Assembly: GCA_030390025.1 (NCBI GenBank)
Contig: CM059432.1
Span: forward strand, 120,902,001 to 120,966,000
Direction of reading: 5' to 3'
Length of the DNA stretch: 64,000 nt
Source: Squalus acanthias
Taxonomy: Eukaryota
Part shown: positions 12,611 to 21,349 of the stretch, piece by piece
How the letters are laid out: the number at the start of each line of letters is the position of its first letter
Position numbering within the stretch: the stretch's first letter is position 1
The notes under the pieces: generated by a model
What the model was told of the DNA's origin: nothing
The model's input: only the letters and a program-made list of their open reading frames with translations
Database searches by the model: none
Position numbers and translations under genes: made by a program

Positions 12611-13624
12611 ATGGTTGAGGGAGGGGCAGGACTGGCAGCTCAATATTCCGGGGTATAGAATCTTCAGGCGAGACAGAGGGGGTGTAAAAGAGGAGGGGGT
12701 GTCGCAATATTAATCAAGGAGTCAATTACTGCTGTAAGGAGGGATGATATCTTGGCAGGTTCCTCTAATGAGGCCATATGGGTAGAACTTAAAAACAAAA
12801 AGGGGGCAAGCACTTTGCTGGGAGTGTACTATAGGTACCAAACAGTCAGGGGGAGATAGAGGAACAGATATGTAGGCAAATCGCAGAGAAGTGTAGAAAT
12901 AATAGGGTAATAATAGTAGGGGATTTCAACTTTCGCAATATTAACTGGGATAGTCAGAGTGTGAAAGGCTTAGAGGGTGCGAAATTCTTAAAGTGCATCC
13001 AGGAGAGCTTTTTGAGCCAGCATGTAAAAAGTCCTACAAGAGAGGGGGCGGTACTGGACCTAATTCGAGGGAATGTAGCTGGGCAAGTGGTAGAACTGTT
13101 AGCAGGAGAGCATTTTGGTGACAGTGACCATAATTTGGTGAGATTTAAGGTAGTCATGGAAAAGGACAAAGATGGACCGGAAATAAAGGTTCGAAATTGG
13201 GGGAAGGCCGATTTTAATATGATAAGGCAGGATCTGGCAAAAGTGGACTGGGATCAGCTACTTGTAGGAAAATCCACATCAGAGCACTGGGAGTCTTTCA
13301 GAAAGGAAATAGAAAGAGTACAACGGCAACATGTTCCCGTAAAGGTCAAGGGTGGGACCAACAAGCCCAGGGAACCCTGGATGTCAAGGGATATACGAGA
13401 ATGGATTAGGAAAAAAAGGGAGGCTTTTGGCAGATACAAAGGACTAAAAACAGTGGAAGCCCTAGAGGAGTATAGAAAGTGCAGGGGGGTACTTAAAGAA
13501 ATTAGGAGAGCGAAGAGGGGGCATGAAATAACACTGGCGGGCAAAATATAGGAAAATCCCAAGGTGTTTTATAAGTATATTAAGGGCAAGAGGATAACCA
13601 GGGAAAGAGTAGGGCCCATTAGGG
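12611..13624 (+). mobile_element. CR1 LINE ORF2, 5' part (endonuclease), split by the LTR element
   Basis: WQLNIPGYRIFRRDR, GDFNF, SPTREGAVLDL, SDHN motifs; continues seamlessly at 22988 (...gggcccattaggg|accaaagtggc...). Confidence 0.9.
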
Positions 13625-15263
13625 TGTAGAATTCGCAATATATCGCGATTTTTATTAATAAGGAGAAAACACAGAGTGTCGTTCAAACAGCTTTTATTTC
13701 AGCAGAATGCTGTCAGGTTTCTCAAAGTGGACACAAGCAGCCTGTAAAATGGCCGCCGCACCTCGTGACAGAACATTCTAGACTTTTCGACAGGCAGTCA
13801 AGATGGCGTTCCAATAAACATTTGTGCAAGATCGATTAAGATTCAGCACATTGAAGATAATACACGAGACATTATGGGTTTACAGTATACACATAAATAC
13901 TGAAATCGGTCTCCCAGGTACGAATGAAAGCTATTGTACCGAGTAATCAAGGGCCCATCCAAAGACATTAATATGTAAAATCCCAACGACTCTACGATGA
14001 GAGAGCCGTTAGCGGGTAGTTATACAAAACACTTGGAAGCCCCAAAACCCCTCCAGGGAGAACACCGACCAATTTAACAATGGGAGAAATATTAACAGGT
14101 ACTCAGACATTTACGAGTAGCCCCGAAACCCATTAAGAACGGAGATCACCCATACAAGACATTTGAGCGCCAAACCCTAACAAAAGAAAGGACATTAAGG
14201 TTGGGCGGGAAACGGAAGATTTTGTACTATAATTACAAGCTCCAACCGTCCATCTTTCTCTTATTCTCTTATCCGATCGACTCGTAACCTCGTGGCTGCT
14301 CCTGTGTTTTGACTCGTAGTCTTGTTCCTGCTTGCCTGGTGCCTCTTTGAAAAAGACTGTTGAACTTTCTGATCCGTTCGGATCTACCTCGTGTCGCGTA
14401 ACGAAGACCTATGTTGGTAACTGGCATCGGAACCAAAGGCCCGAGATGAGATGAGATGAGATGAGATGAGATGAGAAGAGAGGAAGACCATACTCATCGC
14501 CACGGTCAGTAAATCCCGACCGCGCCCGTAGGTCGAATAGCCAAGTTTTCCTTGCCCGGAAGACTTCTTTGAACTTGCAAGAACGGATTATCACCGATGA
14601 TATTGACTGGTCTGGATTCGGAAAGTACCTGTTAAACCAACCAACACAGATCTTCATCACAGCAGACGGTCCAGCCTGCTAGCCGGAGCAGAAGCAAGTA
14701 AACAAGTGGGACCAGGAGATCTCCTGATCGACACGTGGGTGCTGCGGTGAAAACATCCGATCAGCTATTCGGAATTTCTCCGAGTTATCACGAGTGGTGA
14801 GCATGAGTCTCGAAATCCTACGAATCTAGCTAGGACAGATATTGATAGGGGAGGGTTTAAGTATTAAGGATACTTGTAATGTGTGCCCCTATTTACGGTG
14901 TGTCGTTCGTTCCTCGTTTCCCTAGGATTAGCTATATAACTACTTGTAAGATTGTACTGTCATTAATCTGTGCTTATGACATGTATTTCGTAATCTTAAA
15001 TATCATGCAATAAAGATTTTCCATTTCGTACCATTCAACCGAGTCTACATGAGTTTCATCTCCATTACTGCTCTCGCATCTAAGTCCAGTGTCTAGAACC
15101 GTAAGGGCGAGTGATTCGAACCACTCACAGGTGTGTCTAGTGCTCCCAGACTGGCTGGAGACCAGAACAGGCAACAAGGCCTAAACCCGCACTGACACAC
15201 AGGCTGCACAGAGCCGCGTGAACCTCACAGGCTGCGAGACACGCACGGTCAGAATCCCTTACA
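13625..15263 (+). repeat. 5' LTR (1639 bp)
   Basis: TGTAGAATTC...ATCCCTTACA; direct repeat of 21350-22983; GC box ~14203, TATA-like tataatta 14228, (GAGAT)n ~14443-14475, AATAAA 15009-15014. Confidence 0.97.
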
Positions 15264-15267
15264 GAAA

Positions 15268-17076
15268 ATGGCGACCGCGGCAGGACACTGGCAGCGAGAG
15301 GGTAGTGTGTTAGACTTTGGAATGACTGTACGAAATGTTATGCAGGAAAAGATAGCAGACTATGTGTTTGGAAAGGTTAATCTAACTAAGAAATGGATAA
15401 GTGAATTGTTAGCGGATAAAAGCCCATTAGAGGCAGCCGAAAGGTGGACAGATAGTAAAGAACATAAAAAGACACTTGAGAAAGCAGTCTGGCTAATGTG
15501 TTACAAAAGGCAGGTTCAGATTTCAAACCAGACCATTACAGCGCAAACAGCTCGAATCAGTCATTTAGAGGGAGAAATGGATGAGAAGGTTTCTGGAGGG
15601 GAAATGCTCATTAGGAATTTAAGTGCGTTGCACCAAGAACGCCAGGAAATCTCCAGTCACCATAAAACAAGGATAGATTACCTCGAGTGCCAGGTCACTG
15701 AGGCAAAGTTAAATGAGAGCAGGTTAAAGGAACGATGTGCCTGCCAAGCTGCCCAGATAAGAACTCAGGAAGAGAGCTTAACGGGGGTTAGGGCGGCATA
15801 TAAGTTGGCCCTTGAGGATAAGTTTCAGGGAGCCGATCATAGCGCCTACAAAAGGGAGATAGAGCACCTAAAAAGGGCCGTGAACAAAGCGCACGGCATG
15901 GTGTGCCTTATCAGTCCGTCAGCACACCAGCCGCTAGTAAGTGAGGAGTTTAAGAAATCCCCACCAAGTAAAGCAGAGGAAGTATTAGCCACTGCGCCCT
16001 CCGCGCCACCCAGCTATTCGGAAACCTGGGTAAGGGAGGAAGCAATGGAAGAAACGAAAGAGCCCATTGAGAAAGAAGTGGCAAAGGGACCGTTGTATCC
16101 AGTAACGGGTATAAAAAGGGGCCCAAACAGAAACGGTGGGGAGGAACCAGGGGATCTCCTCGGCCAGCTTGTGTTGCCTCACAGCTCACACCAGCTGAGA
16201 GTTATGATAAATCACGTACGGAAGCTGACCGAGTCAGACGACCCTTCCGTACATTTCAGGGAAGTTGAGCAAACCGCAGCCATTAACGGCTGCGATGATG
16301 GGGAAACAGCAAAAATGCTGTTGTTTTCGTTAGGCAGTACAATCCTTCAGTGTCTCTCGGGCGAGAGCAAGAGGGGAACCAAGACTTATGAGGCATTAAA
16401 GAATGAGGTCCTGGAAGTGTTGGGGGCGGACGATGAAGGTCCGTTTGCTAGAGTGGGACAGACAGTGCAGATGGAGGGAGAACCCCCGAAGGTTTTTGCC
16501 GACAGGCTGTGGCCAGTATATCAGCGCAGCTGTCTAGGTGCGCCAGAGCGCGACGATGTGGAAGGCGCCGGTTTAGCTCATTGGCTTAGGTGCATAATAG
16601 CCAACAGTTTACCAGCCGTCAGAGAGCAGGCAAAGGCATGGTTTGATCCCAATGACCCCAACATTACGGAAGAGTCGGTCTTGAATCGACTCACGTTAGG
16701 ATATCGCAATATAAGGGGTATGGGAACACGTCCCCTTAAGGGAAAAGTACATGAGGTACGACCCGCAGCCCCGTATCAAAGGGAGTGGCATCAGGAGGGT
16801 AATCGCGCCCCACAGGCAAGTAATGCTTGTTACGGGTGTGGGAAGACAGGGCACTGGCGCAAGCATTGCAGGAACCCTTGGAAGGATTCCAAGGATAAAA
16901 ATCCCGCAGCCCGAGCCCAGGCGCCTGTCCCGGCTAGGGAAGCTGGTGCACCCACCCCTCCCGACGACCTCGAAGTAGTGTTGGGAGCCATGCGCAGTTT
17001 AATAAGCGCACATGGAAAGGTGGCGGTTGCAACCGGCCCCGTAGGTGCCGCAGGACCGTCTAATAGTACCCAATGA
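15268..17076 (+). CDS. gag: Gag polyprotein (602 aa; true start may be a downstream ATG at 15322 or 15340)
   Basis: Uninterrupted ORF after the PBS; N-terminal coiled coil, PSAPPSY late domains (15997-16017), capsid-like helical region, CX2CX4HX4C knuckle CYGCGKTGHWRKHC (16828-16869). Confidence 0.92.
   Translation: MATAAGHWQREGSVLDFGMTVRNVMQEKIADYVFGKVNLTKKWISELLADKSPLEAAERWTDSKEHKKTLEKAVWLMCYKRQVQISNQTITAQTARISHLEGEMDEKVSGGEMLIRNLSALHQERQEISSHHKTRIDYLECQVTEAKLNESRLKERCACQAAQIRTQEESLTGVRAAYKLALEDKFQGADHSAYKREIEHLKRAVNKAHGMVCLISPSAHQPLVSEEFKKSPPSKAEEVLATAPSAPPSYSETWVREEAMEETKEPIEKEVAKGPLYPVTGIKRGPNRNGGEEPGDLLGQLVLPHSSHQLRVMINHVRKLTESDDPSVHFREVEQTAAINGCDDGETAKMLLFSLGSTILQCLSGESKRGTKTYEALKNEVLEVLGADDEGPFARVGQTVQMEGEPPKVFADRLWPVYQRSCLGAPERDDVEGAGLAHWLRCIIANSLPAVREQAKAWFDPNDPNITEESVLNRLTLGYRNIRGMGTRPLKGKVHEVRPAAPYQREWHQEGNRAPQASNACYGCGKTGHWRKHCRNPWKDSKDKNPAARAQAPVPAREAGAPTPPDDLEVVLGAMRSLISAHGKVAVATGPVGAAGPSNSTQ
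15269..15286 (+). promoter_or_regulatory. Primer-binding site complementary to the 3' 18 nt of tRNA-Arg(UCG)
   Basis: TGGCGACCGCGGCAGGAC is the reverse complement of ...GTCCTGCCGCGGTCG-CCA (vertebrate tRNA-Arg-TCG 3' end as I recall it); 5 nt downstream of the LTR. Confidence 0.88.
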
Positions 17077-17080
17077 CTAG
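17074..17080 (+). promoter_or_regulatory. Stop-codon read-through signal UGA-CUAG at the end of gag
   Basis: CAA TGA CTA G; the frame stays open for 208 further codons to 17703. Confidence 0.7.
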
Positions 17081-18239
17081 AGCCCACGCAGCCTGCCTAC
17101 CTGTGTCCTTTTATAAGACACGCACAGAAGGGGGTCTGCGGTGAGGAGGCCAGGTTAAAAGAGCAGGCCTTGCGGGAGGAGAACGCCCGCTTAATAGGGA
17201 AAATAGATGGGCTGGAAGGGCAGCTTAGAGAGCAGGCCCTGCGGGAGGAGAACGCCCGATCAATGGGAAAGTTAGACGTGCTCAGGCTAGAAGCGCAGCT
17301 TAGTGAGATAAAAGCAGCCTACAGGGTAGCCAAAAGCCGGGAGTATGAGGATGTAAACCAGTGCAAACTGTACAAGCCAGGTGCGCAAGGGAAAACCACA
17401 GGGGTAAACCCCGCGAGTGGGGACGCACAGCCCCAGGTAGGACCACAAGGCACACAGGCAGGCAAAGCAGCTTGCATCAGGGGAGGAGACATCCTGGAAG
17501 ATCACGAAGCATTTTTGTGGGGATGGGAGTCAGATGAGGATAGTGATGAAGACGAGTGGGTTTTGGGGAACGTAAGGAACGTTCCCATTTTAGGCATAGG
17601 GAGGACACGGACTGCAGATGGAGATCCGCACAGGGCGGAGCCACAAGCTGCAGGTCCCGAAGACAGGAGGGAGGAGCTGGGGAGGCGGAGCCAGCCGCTG
17701 TAGGAACACAGGGAGTGACGGTGAGGACCCCCGAGCCCGAGCCGCCCGCTTTGAATGTCCCGCCCTCGGGGGAGGCAGGGATCGCGAGTGAAGGGCCGCC
17801 TGCTGGGCCGAGCAGGGCGGAGCCACAAACTGCAGGCCCCGAGGTTAGGGAGGCGGAGTCAGCGGAGGCGGAGCCAGCGACTGTGGTGGAACCACAGGTC
17901 GTCCCGATGGAAGTCTCGGAACCCGGTCCGTCGGTCATGGGATCCCTGCCCCTGACAACTCCCCGTAGGTCAAGTAGAGAACCCCAGCCCAGGAAGATGT
18001 GGGTATGGCCCCAGACTGTCCCAAGGCGTAGACTCAAGGTTAAGGCAGCCCAGATACAGCCCGGCCCCATCGCAGCAGCAACAGGCTGCGGCAGATCAGA
18101 GGAAGGGGTCAGTGCAGCAACAGGCTGCGGCAGCCCAGAGGAAGGGGTCAGTGCAGCAACAGGCTGCGGCAGATCAGAGGAAAAGGTCAGAGCCCTCCCA
18201 CCGTCGGGAAGAGCTCGCAGCAGCCTTCTCAGAATTTAA
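17077..18239 (+). CDS. ORF X in the pol position (in frame with gag to 17703; continues in the -1 frame to 18239): coiled-coil, acidic, Pro/Glu-rich and basic segments, no enzyme motifs
   Basis: 17170-17703 is in the gag frame. The internal repeat RAEPQAAGPE.../RAEPQTAGPE...EAEPA indicates a 1-nt frameshift near 17665-17675 joining ORF 17556-18239. No DTG/DSG, YxDD or DDE motif is visible. Confidence 0.6.
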
Positions 18240-18540
18240 AGGGGGCCGCCCTGGGAACGGGCGGCGCTGTACAGTAATAAGTTTAGGATAAGTTTCTAAG
18301 TTTATAGTTTAAGGTTAAGAATAAGTTTATAGTTTTAGATAAGGTTAAGTTTGTAGTTTAATTTTAACAGAAAATGGCAAAATGATGGGAGCTTTAGAGA
18401 TAGGTTTAGTTAAAGTTTATTCAGCGAACGTTGAAGTTTACGTGAGGCGAGGTCAGGGGACCCGCTCACCCTTCACAAAAGCCAGAGACTCTTGCAAGGC
18501 TGGCTACCTCATTCTATCTGATCACAGGAACCAAGGAAGG

Positions 18541-19095
18541 ATGGAACGAATTCTAGTATTGCTCGCGGCAATCGGATGTGGATTGGCCTATCGAGGCCGC
18601 ACCAAGGATGTCGTGGTGTTTGGATGCTCCGGGGACACGGCCCCCATCGCGGTGGATGGGACCGGAAGACGGGAGGCAGAGGAGACCAGCACCTATTTCC
18701 ACAAGGGAAGGTGGCCAGGATGGCTGGGAACGAACTCGACGGAGTATTCCAGCACATCGGGGTTTGCCTACCAAGAGACTTCTTTAATGTGCCCCAAAGT
18801 AAGGATCATCGCACCCAGGATCAGCGTCACCGTCGGCAAACGGATTTGTTTGACTTGTAGTGGGAATGTCCCATTGAGCCGATGGTGGTGGCTGCGAAAG
18901 CTGAGCAAAACTATGAGGAACTCTTCGGTCGAGTGGGAACGACTGGGTAATAATACCCATCGGACAATTACGGGGACAAACGGACAAGTGAAAGTCTGTT
19001 GGGACAAATGGTGGGAACCGGACGAGGGAATTTATGTATGCATGTGGGGGATCAAAATACCCTTGCCCCAAAGGCATATCCATATTTTTCATTAA
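18541..19095 (+). CDS. Signal peptide + immunoglobulin-like domain ORF (likely the N-terminus of the envelope precursor)
   Basis: MERILVLLAAIGCGLA signal-like start; ISVTVGKRICLTC...WWW...DEGIYVC with Cys 61 residues apart (18856, 19039); N-glycosylation sequons NST, NSS, NNT; acceptor-like ctcattctatctgatcacag ends at 18527. Confidence 0.72.
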   Translation: MERILVLLAAIGCGLAYRGRTKDVVVFGCSGDTAPIAVDGTGRREAEETSTYFHKGRWPGWLGTNSTEYSSTSGFAYQETSLMCPKVRIIAPRISVTVGKRICLTCSGNVPLSRWWWLRKLSKTMRNSSVEWERLGNNTHRTITGTNGQVKVCWDKWWEPDEGIYVCMWGIKIPLPQRHIHIFH

Positions 19096-20893
19096 TCAGT
19101 GGCAGGATAACGGACAGGGGATGAGGTGGGATGCGAGCACCAGGGGGTGCGGAGCCCCATACTCTTCGATCCCGGTAAATGCCACTGAGCTCATTACGCG
19201 CCCACGCAAAGCCCCGCCCACGATTCCGGTGGTTCTAGCTGAAGAGGAAGGGTGCCCTAAAACTAGTAAGGGACCCGGGAATGGTTTGGTACTGGTCCCC
19301 ACAGACCAGATACTATTTCAGGGGGTACATTACGCGGTGGCCTCGGTGATTTTAAATCTCACTGAGGTACGGTTACCAGAGTGGTGCCCCAAAAAGACGG
19401 AACAGTTGTATCAGGTCCTGTTGACCAAGATGTTCAGACAATTTTACGAATTCGATTTCGCGGAAATTGATAAAACAAGTTTGTACACCGCACCACATGA
19501 AGTTTTGGATCAAGTAGGGAGGCAAAGAAGGGGTTTAGTGAACGATGCGTTCACTGCTTTTAACACGGGTACATCTGTGGTCAACGCTCTAGACAGTGTG
19601 GAGCTGCAGACCCAGATTAATGGTTTAAAGACACAATTAAAAGACATTCTAACAGATGAGAATAAAGTGGTAGGGTCGGGTCTACACGAGGACCAAGCCA
19701 TGACTCTCCGTTTAAAGGAAATTATAGCAGAGCTGGAGAAACATGCAAAGACGGTAAATGCCCTGATTAGGGAGGATCGGAATGCATCCGATCAAGCTGC
19801 GCAGAATGAGGTGTGCGTGCTTTACGGGGCGTGGTTACTGGGCGAGGGCCGCAGTAATTTGGAGGATTTAAAACAAGGTTTGGTCCCGTCCTGGATAAGT
19901 AACAAACACCTGTGGGCGCTCCACCCTTTTCAGAACGCATTAAGCCCATGCCAGCTCAGGCTAGCTTCAGAAGCATACCCAGTCCCCGTGGACTGTGGAC
20001 GATCAAACCATACTATCATGGGTATAGTACTACGTATGCTGGTTTTGGGTGACACAGCAAAGCCCGCCACGGTGTATCAGGTAGAGAACATTGGTGTCAT
20101 TCAGGGGGGAGCCCACATTCGCTATGCAGCGGTTCCACCCTACGTCATCCGCTGGGAGCAAACGATGACAGGTACAGATCTCTCTGGTTGTCGTGGCAGG
20201 GGAGCACACATAATACTGTGTCCCCAGCACTTGAATGCCTTTTCAACACCACAGTGCGGGTTCAGAACGACTGGCGCCAAGTCCATGAATTGCACCATGG
20301 AGGCAATGGCACAAGATCATGTGCCTCCGCAGGTAGCATACATCGGGGGTGGAACATATTGTGTTACCACTGCAGCGCAACACTACCAGCATGGAAACCG
20401 TAGCCGGTGTCCGGTGAGTGACAGCAGTTTCTGTTTCAAACCCAGGGCGGAAGTTCAAGTAGCACAACAGCGAATTGTCCCAATCCCTGAACCATCCACT
20501 GTTCATCTTACAGTAAAAGAGAATTTCACCGACTTGCAGCGATTCGTCGCGCATTTTGGATACCTCATTCCCCCTCTCCCGGAACACCTCACCAAGCTTT
20601 TGAAAGCAGTCGCGGTGTCACAGAAACATTTTTACACATTAGAACAGAAAACTGTCGAAATAGGGACAGACATTCTGGATATAGTAGTTCCGCCGTGGTG
20701 GAATCTGTTCACCAATATTGAAGTGCCTTCATGGATCAGAATAGCCTCCCACATTTTAGTCGTATGTCAAGTGTTTATTGTAGTGTACCTATTGGTCGTA
20801 CACTGTAAAAGAGACAAACGCCTCACTAAGCATGAAAACACGGGAGAATGGCGAGAACGTTACGTGCGCGTGCACGATGAAAGCACCGTGTGA
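19034..20893 (+). CDS. env: Envelope / class I fusion glycoprotein (F-protein-like)
   Basis: Furin site RQRR (19520-19531), then fusion-peptide-like GLVNDAFTAFNTGTSVVNAL, heptad repeat, Cys-rich middle, second heptad, Trp-rich MPER, TM IASHILVVCQVFIVVYLLVV and short tail. It has no signal peptide of its own. Confidence 0.88.
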   Translation: MYACGGSKYPCPKGISIFFINQWQDNGQGMRWDASTRGCGAPYSSIPVNATELITRPRKAPPTIPVVLAEEEGCPKTSKGPGNGLVLVPTDQILFQGVHYAVASVILNLTEVRLPEWCPKKTEQLYQVLLTKMFRQFYEFDFAEIDKTSLYTAPHEVLDQVGRQRRGLVNDAFTAFNTGTSVVNALDSVELQTQINGLKTQLKDILTDENKVVGSGLHEDQAMTLRLKEIIAELEKHAKTVNALIREDRNASDQAAQNEVCVLYGAWLLGEGRSNLEDLKQGLVPSWISNKHLWALHPFQNALSPCQLRLASEAYPVPVDCGRSNHTIMGIVLRMLVLGDTAKPATVYQVENIGVIQGGAHIRYAAVPPYVIRWEQTMTGTDLSGCRGRGAHIILCPQHLNAFSTPQCGFRTTGAKSMNCTMEAMAQDHVPPQVAYIGGGTYCVTTAAQHYQHGNRSRCPVSDSSFCFKPRAEVQVAQQRIVPIPEPSTVHLTVKENFTDLQRFVAHFGYLIPPLPEHLTKLLKAVAVSQKHFYTLEQKTVEIGTDILDIVVPPWWNLFTNIEVPSWIRIASHILVVCQVFIVVYLLVVHCKRDKRLTKHENTGEWRERYVRVHDESTV

Positions 20894-21337
20894 TCGGAAA
20901 ATGGCGTCACTCCCGCTCGCCACGTGCGCCGCGGAAGCTTGTACTCGATCATGATTTTTCAAAGACTGTAAATACGTTGCGTTGGGAACTCGACATGTTT
21001 TGAGAGTTGGTGTTGATTATTTTGGTGATGGTGTTACAGTTAAAAATGATTGTTTGGTTTTGGGTTTTGTTTTTCCTTTCCCTGAATAAAAGATGAATAT
21101 ACAGGTGATACGAGAGGCATCGGCCTGGTTACGCCGGGAAGGAAAACAAGTGGTGTAAGTTTAAGGGCAAATAATGCCTACGGTGTTATAAAATGTAAAT
21201 TTTCTTGGGAAATAAGGACGACACAGAGACCCTAGCTAGGTTAAAGTTATGGGATTAATTTTCTGGATTCGGACAAAATCGAGATAATATTGCTCACCAC
21301 TATGATTTTTGATACGATAAGCGGAGTTAATCGCATC

Positions 21338-21349
21338 AACAGGAGGGAC
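21338..21349 (+). promoter_or_regulatory. Polypurine tract
   Basis: aacaggagggac immediately 5' of the 3' LTR. Confidence 0.7.

Noticed and set aside
14409..14660. Antisense ORF in the LTR (83 aa; 128 aa in the 3' LTR) and other LTR ORFs
   Set aside because: The frame changes with the GAGAT repeat number and is not preserved in the related solo LTR; no recognisable motif.
18382..18540. N-terminal 53 codons of the 237-aa ORF as part of the Ig protein
   Set aside because: The signal-peptide-like segment starts at the ATG at 18541, just after an acceptor-like site; the upstream extension is probably not translated.
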